Positions 31,143 through 40,344 of a stretch of DNA of 64,000 bases are shown here, one piece after another. Source of the stretch: an uncultured delta proteobacterium. GTDB taxonomy: Bacteria > Myxococcota_A > Polyangia > Polyangiales > Houyiibacteriaceae. A program made the translations under genes and the position numbers. The stretch covers positions 64,001 to 128,000 of the forward strand of contig CAVOVB010000007.1 of the NCBI GenBank assembly GCA_963699755.1, in the 5' to 3' direction. Every line of letters begins with the position of its first letter. Positions within the stretch are counted from its first letter, which is position 1. Below the pieces are notes generated by a model. That model was not told the origin of the DNA. It saw only the letters and a list, made by a program, of their open reading frames with translations, and made no database searches.

Positions 31143-32036
31143 ATGAGTGACCCGTATTACGCAATCGTCAACAGAGTCGCGGGTGGCGGACGATGCCGGA
31201 AAGCCTTCCCGGACTCGCTCGAGGCGTTGATGCGTCGCGGGCTGGAGCTGGACGTCGCGTTTACCGAAAGACCCATACACGCCACAGAGCTGGCGCGGCG
31301 CGCGGCGAACCATGGCCGCAGGCGGTTCCTATCGGTAGGGGGTGACGGGACCGCGGCCGAAATCGTCAACGGACTCATCGCAGCCGGCGCAGCGCACGAA
31401 TGCGAGCTTGCCATGCTTCCGCTCGGCACAGGAAACTCCTTCCTGCGCGATTTCGGAATCACGGACGCGAACCTGGCAGCCGAGGCCATCGCTAGAGGAG
31501 AGAGTCAGCCGCTGGACGTGCTCCGCCTGACCCACGAGGACGGCGTCATTCACTTCATCAACACGATGGGGACTGGCTTCGTCGCTCGTGCCGGAGAGCT
31601 CACCAACGCACGTTTCAAGTTCCTGGGCGCCGCTGGGTACATCGCTGCGGTTCTGGTTTGCGTCGTGCGGCTTGAGTACGAAGAGAACACGCTCCGCTAT
31701 GCGGGCACTACGGACGAGGCGCGCACGGTGTTGACCTCCTTCTCGAACAGCCAATACACCGGTGGTTCGATGCGCATGGCCCCCGATGCCCAGGTCGCCG
31801 ACGGCCTGCTCGACCTCGTCCGGGCGGGCCCGCTCCGAAGGGCTGCGTTGATCGCGGCGTTCGCCCGCATCTTTTCGGGCACGCACACCGATCTCGATGA
31901 GGTATGGACGCGGCAGGTCGATCGGGTCGAGTTCGTGAACCCGTCATTTCAAGCGGTTCTCATCGATGGAGATCTTCATCACCTCACACCACTTTCGATC
32001 GACGTGCTTCCTTCGGCGATCAGCCTCGTCGTATGA
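31143..32036 (+). CDS. Diacylglycerol-kinase-family lipid kinase
   Basis: IVNRVAGGG, GGDGT, LPLGTGNSF, YTGG, DGLLD, IDGD. Confidence 0.92.
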   Translation: MSDPYYAIVNRVAGGGRCRKAFPDSLEALMRRGLELDVAFTERPIHATELARRAANHGRRRFLSVGGDGTAAEIVNGLIAAGAAHECELAMLPLGTGNSFLRDFGITDANLAAEAIARGESQPLDVLRLTHEDGVIHFINTMGTGFVARAGELTNARFKFLGAAGYIAAVLVCVVRLEYEENTLRYAGTTDEARTVLTSFSNSQYTGGSMRMAPDAQVADGLLDLVRAGPLRRAALIAAFARIFSGTHTDLDEVWTRQVDRVEFVNPSFQAVLIDGDLHHLTPLSIDVLPSAISLVV

Positions 32037-32779
32037 CCGAGACCACGACAATCTGGGATCGGATCGTGAGCCTCGTCATCTGGATCATCGCCGGAGGCTT
32101 CCTAGTCGTCGCCCTCTCGTTCTTGACGATCCTCTACCAGTTCGTCCGGCCTGATCGCGTTCAGTTCCTGGAACGTTTGTACTGCAGGGTCCAACTCGCG
32201 CTGACTTTCAACCGGCAGCGACACCAGGTACACCCCGACGTCGACCCCGGCACTCAGTACATCTTCATTCAGAACCACAGCAGTCATCTCGATCATGTCG
32301 CCATGTACAACGCGACGCCACACTTCAAGCAGGGCATCGAGCTCGAAAGCCATTTCGACTATCCTTTCTACGGCTGGTTCATGAAGGCCCGAGGCACCAT
32401 TGCCGTGCCAAAAGACCGCGCTGGCGCACTCGACGCGCTCGGCAAGGCCGTTCGTGCCGAAGTCGATGTCGGACACTCGATCCTCGGCTTTCCCGAGGGC
32501 CACCGAACCAGGACCGGTCACGTGGGCCCCTTCTACGACGGCTTGTTTCGCATCGCGATCGAGCTCGGCATTCCCATCGTTCCAGTTGCGGTGACCGGGC
32601 TTTTCGAGGTGCTCCACAAGGGCTCACTCGTCATCCGTCCTGGAAACGAGATCTCGGTGTACGTCGAAGAACCGATTGCCACCGAAGCACTCACCGAAGT
32701 CGACATCGCAAGCCTGCGCGACCGCGCGCGGAGCGCGATCGCGACTCGTGTGGACGCGCATTTGGCGGCCAGAAGCTAG
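32033..32779 (+). CDS. Lysophospholipid acyltransferase (PlsC family)
   Basis: NHSSHLD, FPEGHR, PIVPV; ATGA overlap with the kinase. Confidence 0.92.
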   Translation: MTETTTIWDRIVSLVIWIIAGGFLVVALSFLTILYQFVRPDRVQFLERLYCRVQLALTFNRQRHQVHPDVDPGTQYIFIQNHSSHLDHVAMYNATPHFKQGIELESHFDYPFYGWFMKARGTIAVPKDRAGALDALGKAVRAEVDVGHSILGFPEGHRTRTGHVGPFYDGLFRIAIELGIPIVPVAVTGLFEVLHKGSLVIRPGNEISVYVEEPIATEALTEVDIASLRDRARSAIATRVDAHLAARS

Positions 32780-32789
32780 GCCAGCCGCG

Positions 32790-33791
32790 TTATTCTGCGG
32801 CCGCCGCTTCGACGGCCTGAAGCAGGCTCTTCGGAAAAACGCGACCCGTCATGCGATCTCGTACCTTCTTGGCAGCGGCATCCCACTCCGCCTTGTACTT
32901 GCTCGTATCGGTTGCCACGATCCCCTTCTTGAGGACGACGTCATAGGCCTTCTGGTCATCGCGGCGAATCGTCTTGTTGAGCAGCACTTCGACGCGCTCG
33001 GAAGAACGTAGGAGCGTTTCCTTGAGATCGGCCGGAAGCGCATCGACCTTGTCCTTGCGCATCACCATGCCGCCGGCGATGATCGCGGAGTTGTGCGCGG
33101 TCATATAATTCACTCGAGTATACCATTGAAGGGCAACTGCCGTGAGCGCCGAAGAGGTGACGACGTCCACCATCTTGGTTTGAAGCCCTGGGTACACTTC
33201 ATTGACGCCGAGCCGAACCCCATTGGCTCCTATCACGTCGTAGAACTCGATGAAGACCAAGTCGTCTTTCCACATCCAAGGTCGCATCGACTTGATATCG
33301 GAGGGCTTCTCGATCGCCTTCTGCGAAAAGAGCCGGGTCTTGCCCGCATCTCCCCAGGCCAGCATCGTGAAGCCTTCATCCTCGAACAGCTTTTCGAATT
33401 CGCCGGCCATTTTTAGCCGAACACGATCGAGCTTTTCGTACGTGTCGAGAAAGTTGGGCAAGACCAATATCACCATCGGCCGGACCAGCATGCTCATGCC
33501 GGTCATCGTAACGACGCCTCCATCGAGCTGACCCACGCGCATCTTTCGAACGAAGTCGCGCTCGTCGCCTTGAGCGCCGCCGGGGTAGAACCGCAGCTTC
33601 AGGCGGCCCTCGGTCTCGCTTTCCAGCGTCTTTTTCCAGGCGTTGAGGACCTTCATCCAGGACGAGCCTGCCGGCGCAAGAGAGGCGATTCGGAACGTGA
33701 CGGCCTCCTCGGCTCGGCTGCTCGGAACGGTGCCAGGGAGCCCCAAGACAACGATGACCAAGAGCAATACAAATGGGAAATATCGATTCAC
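32790..33791 (-). CDS. TRAP transporter substrate-binding protein (DctP/TatP-like)
   Basis: GTG start, signal peptide ending SRA-E, IASLAPAGSSW, GDERDFVRKMRVGQLDG. Confidence 0.9.
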   Translation of the reverse strand: MNRYFPFVLLLVIVVLGLPGTVPSSRAEEAVTFRIASLAPAGSSWMKVLNAWKKTLESETEGRLKLRFYPGGAQGDERDFVRKMRVGQLDGGVVTMTGMSMLVRPMVILVLPNFLDTYEKLDRVRLKMAGEFEKLFEDEGFTMLAWGDAGKTRLFSQKAIEKPSDIKSMRPWMWKDDLVFIEFYDVIGANGVRLGVNEVYPGLQTKMVDVVTSSALTAVALQWYTRVNYMTAHNSAIIAGGMVMRKDKVDALPADLKETLLRSSERVEVLLNKTIRRDDQKAYDVVLKKGIVATDTSKYKAEWDAAAKKVRDRMTGRVFPKSLLQAVEAAAAE

Positions 33792-33882
33792 GAAACGGTC
33801 TCTTACCGGAGCGGGCCCCCCTCGTCCAGCCCCGCGGAACCCGACCCTGCCGACCCCACCCGTGTTGCGCGGCCCAAACTTT

Positions 33883-33899
33883 AGCGGAATACTTCCGCT
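33883..33899. promoter_or_regulatory. Inverted repeat, candidate operator
   Basis: AGCGGAA-TAC-TTCCGCT in the divergent gap between the DctP gene and the leader ORF. Confidence 0.4.
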
Positions 33900-33921
33900 T
33901 CTAAGGGGTTGGGTAGCGGCG

Positions 33922-34302
33922 ATGGATGCCGAGTCACCATGGGGATGGAGCGTTGCGAGGTATCGGCCGGGCCGGTGCACCGCGCAGTTGGCGCTATTCC
34001 TGATCGCCATATCGGGGTTTTTTCCGCGAGTCGAGGCTGATTCGTCCGGGGAGAGGAGCAGCGCCGAAAGGGCCTCGGCCAATCCCCTTCAGGCTCTTGG
34101 CGGGCCCGCCGCGGAGCGCCCTACCGTGTTCGCCGACGAGCTCATCGATCCGCTCGAGGACGATCACCGTGGGGCGGCGTGCCCCTCTGCGCCATCTTTC
34201 CAGAGCTCGGAATCCTCAACGGCTTTCGACTCTAGTGCGGCCTCTCGCGACGGCCGACCAGTAGCGTCCGCGAATCCGGCTCGCGGTCCCCCTTCCGCCT
34301 GA
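33922..34302 (+). CDS. Putative leader (ribosome-arrest) peptide: signal-like N-terminus and C-terminal RGPP
   Basis: 126 aa; RYRPGR then QLALFLIAISGFF then VEA; low-complexity linker; ends PARGPPSA-stop; 89 nt before SulP. Start codon uncertain. Confidence 0.6.
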   Translation: MDAESPWGWSVARYRPGRCTAQLALFLIAISGFFPRVEADSSGERSSAERASANPLQALGGPAAERPTVFADELIDPLEDDHRGAACPSAPSFQSSESSTAFDSSAASRDGRPVASANPARGPPSA

Positions 34303-34391
34303 CGAAGCCCTCGTGGGCTTCGTCTCCGGCGTGTGCGATTGCCCCCGATCTTCGGGGCAATCTTGTGCTCTCAAGGCGAAGGCGGATTGTC
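34291..34391 (+). promoter_or_regulatory. Putative RBS-sequestering mRNA structure
   Basis: TCCGCCT (34294-34300) pairs with AGGCGGA (34380-34386); hairpins GACGAAGCCC/GGGCTTCGTC (34301-34324) and GATTGCCCC/GGGGCAATC (34337-34362) lie between. Confidence 0.6.
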
Positions 34392-35993
34392 ATGTCGAAT
34401 GTAGTGTCAAAGGACGGGCGACGAAGCTCGTTCCCAGTTGCCGATCTCAAGGCAGGGTTCTTGGTTTTCCTCATCGCCCTTCCCCTCTGCCTGGGGATCG
34501 CGATGGCCAGTGGTTTCCCTCCCATATCAGGCGTTCTGACCGCGATCATCGGCGGGGTGGTCGTTACGTTCCTGGGTAGCGCACGACTGACCATCAAGGG
34601 TCCGGCGGCCGGGCTCATCGTGATCGCGCTAGGCGCCGTGCAGGAGCTCGGCGGGGGAGATCCCATGCTCGGCTACCGTCGAGCCCTGGCGGTGGGGACT
34701 GTCGCGGCCGCGGTGCAGATCGCGCTTGCCGTCTTTGGAGCCGCCTCGATCGGAGTAGCGATGTCGCCTTCGGTCGTCCACGGGATGCTTGCAGCCATCG
34801 GCGTGATCATCATCTCGAAGCAAGCGCACACTTTGATGGGCGTGGCACCCGAGGCGAAGGAGCCGCTGGAGTTGCTCGCCGAAATCCCGCGCAGCATCGC
34901 GCATGCCAACCCGGAGATATTGATGCTTGGCGGCCTCTCCCTCCTCATACTCTTTGGCTGGCCGCTGATTCGGGCACGATGGGCAAAGGTCATACCCGCT
35001 CCGGTGGTCGTGCTCGCAATGGCGGTGCCACTGAGCCTGTGGCTTGGCCTAGACCACTCCCACGCATATCGATTCCTGTCGCACCAATTCGACGTTGGAC
35101 CCGAATTCCTCGTGCAGCTACCAGGCTCACTCCTCGATGCGATGGTCTTCCCCGATTTCTCGATGGTGTTCACTGCGGCGTCCCTGAAGTACGTAGTGAT
35201 GTTTGCCCTAGTCGGGACGATCGAATCGACCTTGAGCGTTCTCGCGGTTGACTCGATGGATCCCGAGAAGCGCCCGTCGAATCTCAATCGCGATCTACTG
35301 GCGCTTTCTCTCGGTAATCTCGGTTCGTCCCTGCTCGGCGGCCTTCCGATGATCTCCGAGATCGTGCGAAGCAAAGCGAACATCGACGCTGGTGCGAAGT
35401 CGCATTGGGCGAATTTCTTTCACGGTGCCTTCCTCTTGGTCTTCGTCAGCCTCGCTCCAGGCCTGCTGCATGAAATCCCGCTCGCCGCGCTTGCTGCAAT
35501 GCTCGTCTACACGGGTGCGAGACTCGCATCACCTCGGGAGCTCTGGCACGTCAGGCAAATCGGTCTAGATCAGCTCGCGCTCTTCGTCACGACGCTCCTC
35601 GTCACACTCGCTACCGACCTCCTGGTTGGCGTCGCTGCCGGACTAGTTCTGAAGGTCGTCTTGCATCGTGTTCGCGGGGCGACGTTCGCACAAATCTTTC
35701 GTGCCAGGGTCGAGAAGAGGCAGGAAGGGTCCGAGCTACACCTGACCTTGCGTGGTGCTGCCGCGTTCACGAGCCTCATTTCGGTCCGAAGGGCTCTCGC
35801 CGATCTCGATCCTGCGTGTAACAAGGTCGTGATCGACGTGAGCGACGCCGTGATCGTGGATCATACGTTCTTGAGTCGCCTCGACGGTCTGGCGAATGAG
35901 TGGCCCAACGTCGAGCTCGAGGTGATCGGCATCGAGGAGCTCACGCCCCATTCGCCCCATCCCCATGCAACGCGTCGAAGGACCGAAGCATGA
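34392..35993 (+). CDS. SulP/SLC26 anion transporter, probably bicarbonate
   Basis: DLKAGFLVFLIALPLCLGIAMASG, IKGPAAGL, GGLPMISEIVRS, STAS-like tail with VDHT. Confidence 0.92.
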   Translation: MSNVVSKDGRRSSFPVADLKAGFLVFLIALPLCLGIAMASGFPPISGVLTAIIGGVVVTFLGSARLTIKGPAAGLIVIALGAVQELGGGDPMLGYRRALAVGTVAAAVQIALAVFGAASIGVAMSPSVVHGMLAAIGVIIISKQAHTLMGVAPEAKEPLELLAEIPRSIAHANPEILMLGGLSLLILFGWPLIRARWAKVIPAPVVVLAMAVPLSLWLGLDHSHAYRFLSHQFDVGPEFLVQLPGSLLDAMVFPDFSMVFTAASLKYVVMFALVGTIESTLSVLAVDSMDPEKRPSNLNRDLLALSLGNLGSSLLGGLPMISEIVRSKANIDAGAKSHWANFFHGAFLLVFVSLAPGLLHEIPLAALAAMLVYTGARLASPRELWHVRQIGLDQLALFVTTLLVTLATDLLVGVAAGLVLKVVLHRVRGATFAQIFRARVEKRQEGSELHLTLRGAAAFTSLISVRRALADLDPACNKVVIDVSDAVIVDHTFLSRLDGLANEWPNVELEVIGIEELTPHSPHPHATRRRTEA

Positions 35994-38980
35994 CGTCCGT
36001 CGGCGCCCAGATTCCCAGAATTGCGGGATCATCGAGCTCGGAATCCGATGCGGACGGGACGATTGACGAGATCCTCGAGCATGCGGCGGAGCTGCTTCCT
36101 CAGCAATCCCCACTGCACATGTTCGTTCACCACAACACCTTGCACGCCTTCGAGCACCTGCCCTTCGAGCAAGCCGTCCTCGCAGCCGCCGCGCGCTTTG
36201 GCACCGAGCCCTACCAGTCCGAGCAGGCGTTCGCCCAGTCTCTGAAGTCCGCGAGAATCCGTCCGTCGGACATCGCTGCGGTGATTCCCGAATCGGCCGA
36301 AGACGAGGGCGTGCCTGTGTTCGCCGGGGGTCCGACGCGACACGAGCTGCAGGCTCTTCGTCTACGCAACCTTTTCGAGATCCCGAAGGGCCCTGCGCTC
36401 CATTGGATGCTCGAGGAGACAGGGACGTTATTTCGCTTTCATCCTCGAGTTTCGGAAGCGGCGCGGGCCGCGATCCTTCAATCTGCTGAGCGACTCTCGG
36501 CGGACCGGAGCCCACTCACGCCAGAGGCGCGTGAGGAGCAGGCGCTCGAGCTGCTCTGGAGCGAGCTATTGGCGGTCGCGCCATCGTGCCCACGCACGCG
36601 TATCGGCATGAGGCGCCGCGACCAGATCCTCGATGCTTGCGGTGCCGACACGGATCACCTGGTGCATCCGCTTCTGATTCGTGTCTGCGCAGCGTTCGTC
36701 GATCAGGGGATCGCATACTGGGAGATGCCGGGGCGGGACAAGGGCTTGCTCGAAGTCTTTCGAACCCTGTATGGAATCGGCTCCGGACCTTCCGATCGCT
36801 GGCTGAAAGGGCTGTCCAAGGAGCTGCGACGCCAACACAACGATGGATGGAACGCGGAACGCACGGTGCGCTGGGCGTTGGAGGAGCTGGATGTTCCGCG
36901 CGATCGATGGGCTAGCTACATCGAGGAGACGCTTCTATCGCTTCCAGGTTGGGCGGGCATGATTCGGCAGCTGGAAGTCCGTCCGGACACGGCGCCGGTC
37001 AACCCTCCGCGCGCCCGACTGATCGACTACCTTGCCCTGCAGCTCACTCTCGATGCGCAGGCCGCGCGCTTCGTCGTTCGGACGCAGGCTGGCGGTCCAG
37101 ACGCATTCGCGGAGATGATGTCGCGCCACAGTGACGCCGACCAATCGAGAATGCTGGATCTCGAGCTCGTCTATGAGGCTTTCATCACGGCACAACTGGG
37201 AGGACTCGGGCCAGCGGAGATTACGGGGCCAGGACCAGCGAGGCGCTGGCTGGAAGAGATCCGTTCCTTCGACGCGAACGAACGGCGCAGACTCTTGCAT
37301 CTGGCTTACGAAAGGAGACATCGCATCGGCGTGCTCGACGGGATCGTGGGTCACTGCCAGTTTGAACGAGCGCAAGCAGACGAACCGAGTTTTCAGGCGG
37401 TATTCTGCATCGATGACCGCGAAGAGTCGCTTCGCAGGCACCTCGAAGAGATTCGACCAGACGTGGAGACTTTCGGATACGCAGGCTTCTTTGGCATTGC
37501 GATGGCATATCAGGGGATCGAGGACATTCGGCCGAGGCCGCTATGCCCGGTCGCCGTTCGACCGAGCCACTATGTCACCGAACGCGCCCTCGATGAGGAC
37601 GAAGCCGCCGTGTTCGCTGAGAAGCGCCGCAGACGAGGACAGCTAACCCACTCGATCGGCCTTGGAAGCAAGATGCTGACCCGCGGCGGGATCCTGTCTG
37701 CCTTGTTCGGCTTCCTGGCGGTCATCCCGCTGCTCGGAAGAAGCTTGTTTCCCCGCGCTACGGAGCGTCTCGCGCATTGGTTCTTGCACCGGACGGCGCC
37801 GACTCCTCCGACCCGCCTGTGTCTGGAACGCTCTGCGGCTGAGCGACGGGACGGACTAGAGCCGGGCTACACGCTAGACGAGATGGCCGGCATCGTGTCC
37901 GGCGCGCTGACAACGATGGGGATGGCTGGGAACTTGTCGTCGCTGGTGCTCATCGTCGGGCACGGGTCTTCGAGCCTCAACAACCCGCACGAGGCGGCTC
38001 ACGATTGCGGTGCGACCGGTGGGGGGCGCGGGGGACCCAACGCGCGCGCCTTTTCTCAGATGGCCAATGACCCGCGGGTTCGAGAGAGGCTTCGGACCCT
38101 CGGCTTGATCATCCCCGAGTCGAGCTGGTTCGTAGGCGCGTACCACAACACCTGCGACGACTCGATGACCTATTACGACGAGGACCTGTTGCCGGCGGAG
38201 TCTCTCGAGGCGCTCGAAGACGCAAAGCAAGCCTTTGCAGAGGCCTGCCTCCTGGACGCGCAGGAACGGTGCCGCCGCTTCGAGTCAGCGCCGTTGACTC
38301 TCGATCCCAAGGCAGCCCTCGCACACGCGGAGGCACATGCTTACGATCTGGCGCAGCCTAGGCCCGAGTACGGTCACGCAACGAACGCGGTTTGCATCGT
38401 TGGCCGCAGAAAACGCACACGCGGCCTGTTCTTGGACCGGCGCGCTTTTCTCGTGTCGTACGATCCGGAGAGCGATCCTACAGGAACGGTTCTGGCCCAG
38501 CTTCTTCGATCGGTCGGCCCGGTCGGCGCTGGAATCAACCTGGAATACTATTTCAGCTTCGTCGATCCCACGGGCTACGGCTGCGGTACCAAGCTCCCTC
38601 ACAACATCGTCGGGCTCATCGGGGTGATGGACGGGCACGCATCGGACTTGAGGACCGGCCTGCCCTGGCAGATGGTGGAGATTCACGAGCCCGTTCGCCT
38701 CTTGACCATCGTCGAGGCAGAAACCGCGACTTTGGCGCGCATCTTGGAGCAAGAACCGGCGCTTGCGAGCTTGGTGAACAATGAGTGGATCCAGTTGGTG
38801 GCCTGGGATCCCTCCGGTCATGCGTTCGCCGTCTATCAGAACGGACGATTTCAACCGTACATCCCAGAAAACCCGGCCATCGCCGTGGTCGACCGCTCGC
38901 TCGACTACTACTTCGGCAGACGGGGGCATCTTAGCCCTGCGCACATCAGGGCCGGATTGCCCGGATTCGGTGGAGCGTGA
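35990..38980 (+). CDS. dabA: DUF2309 inorganic carbon transporter catalytic subunit
   Basis: FVHHNTLHAF, LPGWAG, FCIDDREES, GHGS..NNP..DCGA, QPRPEYGH, FLDRRAFLVSYD, INLEYYFS, TKLPHN, HEPVRL. Confidence 0.93.
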   Translation: MTSVGAQIPRIAGSSSSESDADGTIDEILEHAAELLPQQSPLHMFVHHNTLHAFEHLPFEQAVLAAAARFGTEPYQSEQAFAQSLKSARIRPSDIAAVIPESAEDEGVPVFAGGPTRHELQALRLRNLFEIPKGPALHWMLEETGTLFRFHPRVSEAARAAILQSAERLSADRSPLTPEAREEQALELLWSELLAVAPSCPRTRIGMRRRDQILDACGADTDHLVHPLLIRVCAAFVDQGIAYWEMPGRDKGLLEVFRTLYGIGSGPSDRWLKGLSKELRRQHNDGWNAERTVRWALEELDVPRDRWASYIEETLLSLPGWAGMIRQLEVRPDTAPVNPPRARLIDYLALQLTLDAQAARFVVRTQAGGPDAFAEMMSRHSDADQSRMLDLELVYEAFITAQLGGLGPAEITGPGPARRWLEEIRSFDANERRRLLHLAYERRHRIGVLDGIVGHCQFERAQADEPSFQAVFCIDDREESLRRHLEEIRPDVETFGYAGFFGIAMAYQGIEDIRPRPLCPVAVRPSHYVTERALDEDEAAVFAEKRRRRGQLTHSIGLGSKMLTRGGILSALFGFLAVIPLLGRSLFPRATERLAHWFLHRTAPTPPTRLCLERSAAERRDGLEPGYTLDEMAGIVSGALTTMGMAGNLSSLVLIVGHGSSSLNNPHEAAHDCGATGGGRGGPNARAFSQMANDPRVRERLRTLGLIIPESSWFVGAYHNTCDDSMTYYDEDLLPAESLEALEDAKQAFAEACLLDAQERCRRFESAPLTLDPKAALAHAEAHAYDLAQPRPEYGHATNAVCIVGRRKRTRGLFLDRRAFLVSYDPESDPTGTVLAQLLRSVGPVGAGINLEYYFSFVDPTGYGCGTKLPHNIVGLIGVMDGHASDLRTGLPWQMVEIHEPVRLLTIVEAETATLARILEQEPALASLVNNEWIQLVAWDPSGHAFAVYQNGRFQPYIPENPAIAVVDRSLDYYFGRRGHLSPAHIRAGLPGFGGA

Positions 38981-40344
38981 TGGAAACCATCATCCATGGC
39001 TTGGTGATCGGCATCGTGGGATTCCCCGTGCTGGCCGTGTTCGTCCTCGGTCTGCGTGCCTGGCTCTATCGACCCTGGAGCGAGCGCGCGACCGTCGCGA
39101 TCGTAAGCTCGGCGTTCAGCGCTTCACTGACGGCATCCGCGATCACCACCGGCTGGCTTCTCGTGCGAGACGTCTCCGAAGCCCGCGTTCCCTTGGGCAG
39201 CTGGTTCTCCGCCGAGCACTATTCGTTCGATTGGTACCTCATAGCGGATCATCTGTCGATTCCCTTTGCGATGTTCTCGGCCGCGCTACTAGGTCTTGTC
39301 GCCGCGTTCTCGAGAAGGTACTTGCACCGCGAGCCGGGCTTCTCACGATTCTACCTCCTACTGACCATCTTCGGTGCCGCAGTAGCGTTCGTCGTGCTGG
39401 CAGGAAGCCTGGATTTGGCCTTCATCGGATGGGAGCTAGTTGGGCTGACGTCCGCTCTGCTGATCGCGTTCTTTCACGAGAGGCGAGCGCCAGTAGAGCA
39501 TGGCCTCCGTGCCTTCGTGACCTATCGACTCTGTGACGTCGGTTTGCTCGCCGCCGGGGTCGCACTTCACTTCATGGTCGGCACGTCGGATGTCGTGCCT
39601 TCCTCGACCGGTCCTTGGGCGGGCTTCGTCGTTCCGAACACCGTGCTCGAGGCGACCGTCGTCGGCTTGCTCCTTCTCTGGGCATCCATGGGCAAAGCGG
39701 CCCAAGCGCCGCTGTCCGGATGGCTGCCGCGCGCGATGGAAGGTCCCACCCCTTCGAGCGCCGTGTTCTACGGGGCGCTTTCCATCCATCTAGGACCCTA
39801 CCTTCTGCTTCGTGCCGCGTCGATCCTCGAGTTCTCGGGAATCGCAGCCGGTGCGGTGATCGCGGTGGGAGGGTCTACCGCCCTGCACGCGACTTTCGTA
39901 GGCCGTACGCAAACCGACATCAAGAGCGCCCTCGCGTACGCCTCGATGACCCAAGTGGGGCTGATCTATGTCGAGATCGGGCTCGGTTTCTACCACCTTG
40001 CGGTCGCCCACATCGTCGGACACGCCGCCATTCGAACGCTTCAAATCCTGAGGTCCCCAAGCTTGCTCCACGACTACCATCATCTCGAGCAAGCGATGGG
40101 AACGCAGCTTCCGCGAACCGGCGGACATCTCGAACGCCTCGTGCCTGGCGCTCTTCAGCCCTGGCTCTATCGCGTCGCCCTCGAGCGCGGTGGCTTCGAC
40201 GCCTTCCTCAGGGACCAGGTCGTTGCGCGGGCGCTGGGCGCCGTCTCGTGGTTGGACCGGGTGGACCGGGCCTGGGTAGACTATCTGACGAAACCAACGC
40301 GACCGAAGGAGCCGCGCCAGCAGCCGGACGAGGTCCGACCATGA
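38980..40344 (+). CDS. dabB: NuoL/MrpA-like proton-conducting subunit (DabB)
   Basis: RYLHREPG, GWELVG, GKAAQAPLSGWLPRAMEGPTPSSA, TDIKSALAYAS, HIVGHA. Confidence 0.9.
   Translation: METIIHGLVIGIVGFPVLAVFVLGLRAWLYRPWSERATVAIVSSAFSASLTASAITTGWLLVRDVSEARVPLGSWFSAEHYSFDWYLIADHLSIPFAMFSAALLGLVAAFSRRYLHREPGFSRFYLLLTIFGAAVAFVVLAGSLDLAFIGWELVGLTSALLIAFFHERRAPVEHGLRAFVTYRLCDVGLLAAGVALHFMVGTSDVVPSSTGPWAGFVVPNTVLEATVVGLLLLWASMGKAAQAPLSGWLPRAMEGPTPSSAVFYGALSIHLGPYLLLRAASILEFSGIAAGAVIAVGGSTALHATFVGRTQTDIKSALAYASMTQVGLIYVEIGLGFYHLAVAHIVGHAAIRTLQILRSPSLLHDYHHLEQAMGTQLPRTGGHLERLVPGALQPWLYRVALERGGFDAFLRDQVVARALGAVSWLDRVDRAWVDYLTKPTRPKEPRQQPDEVRP

Noticed and set aside
33643..33921. 5' part of the 219-aa ORF 33643-34302
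   Set aside because: Runs antisense to the DctP gene and across the intergenic gap; only the part from about 33922 looks like a real peptide.
33792..34082. 97-aa N-terminal extension of DctP
   Set aside because: The signal peptide begins at GTG 33791; the extension overlaps the leader ORF.
34301..34362. Intrinsic terminators after the leader ORF
   Set aside because: Neither hairpin has a clear U-tract; treated as part of the translational structure, though attenuation is not excluded.
39615..40340. 703-aa version of the fourth operon gene
   Set aside because: The first 242 codons are an off-frame overlap of dabB; real start is ATG 40341.
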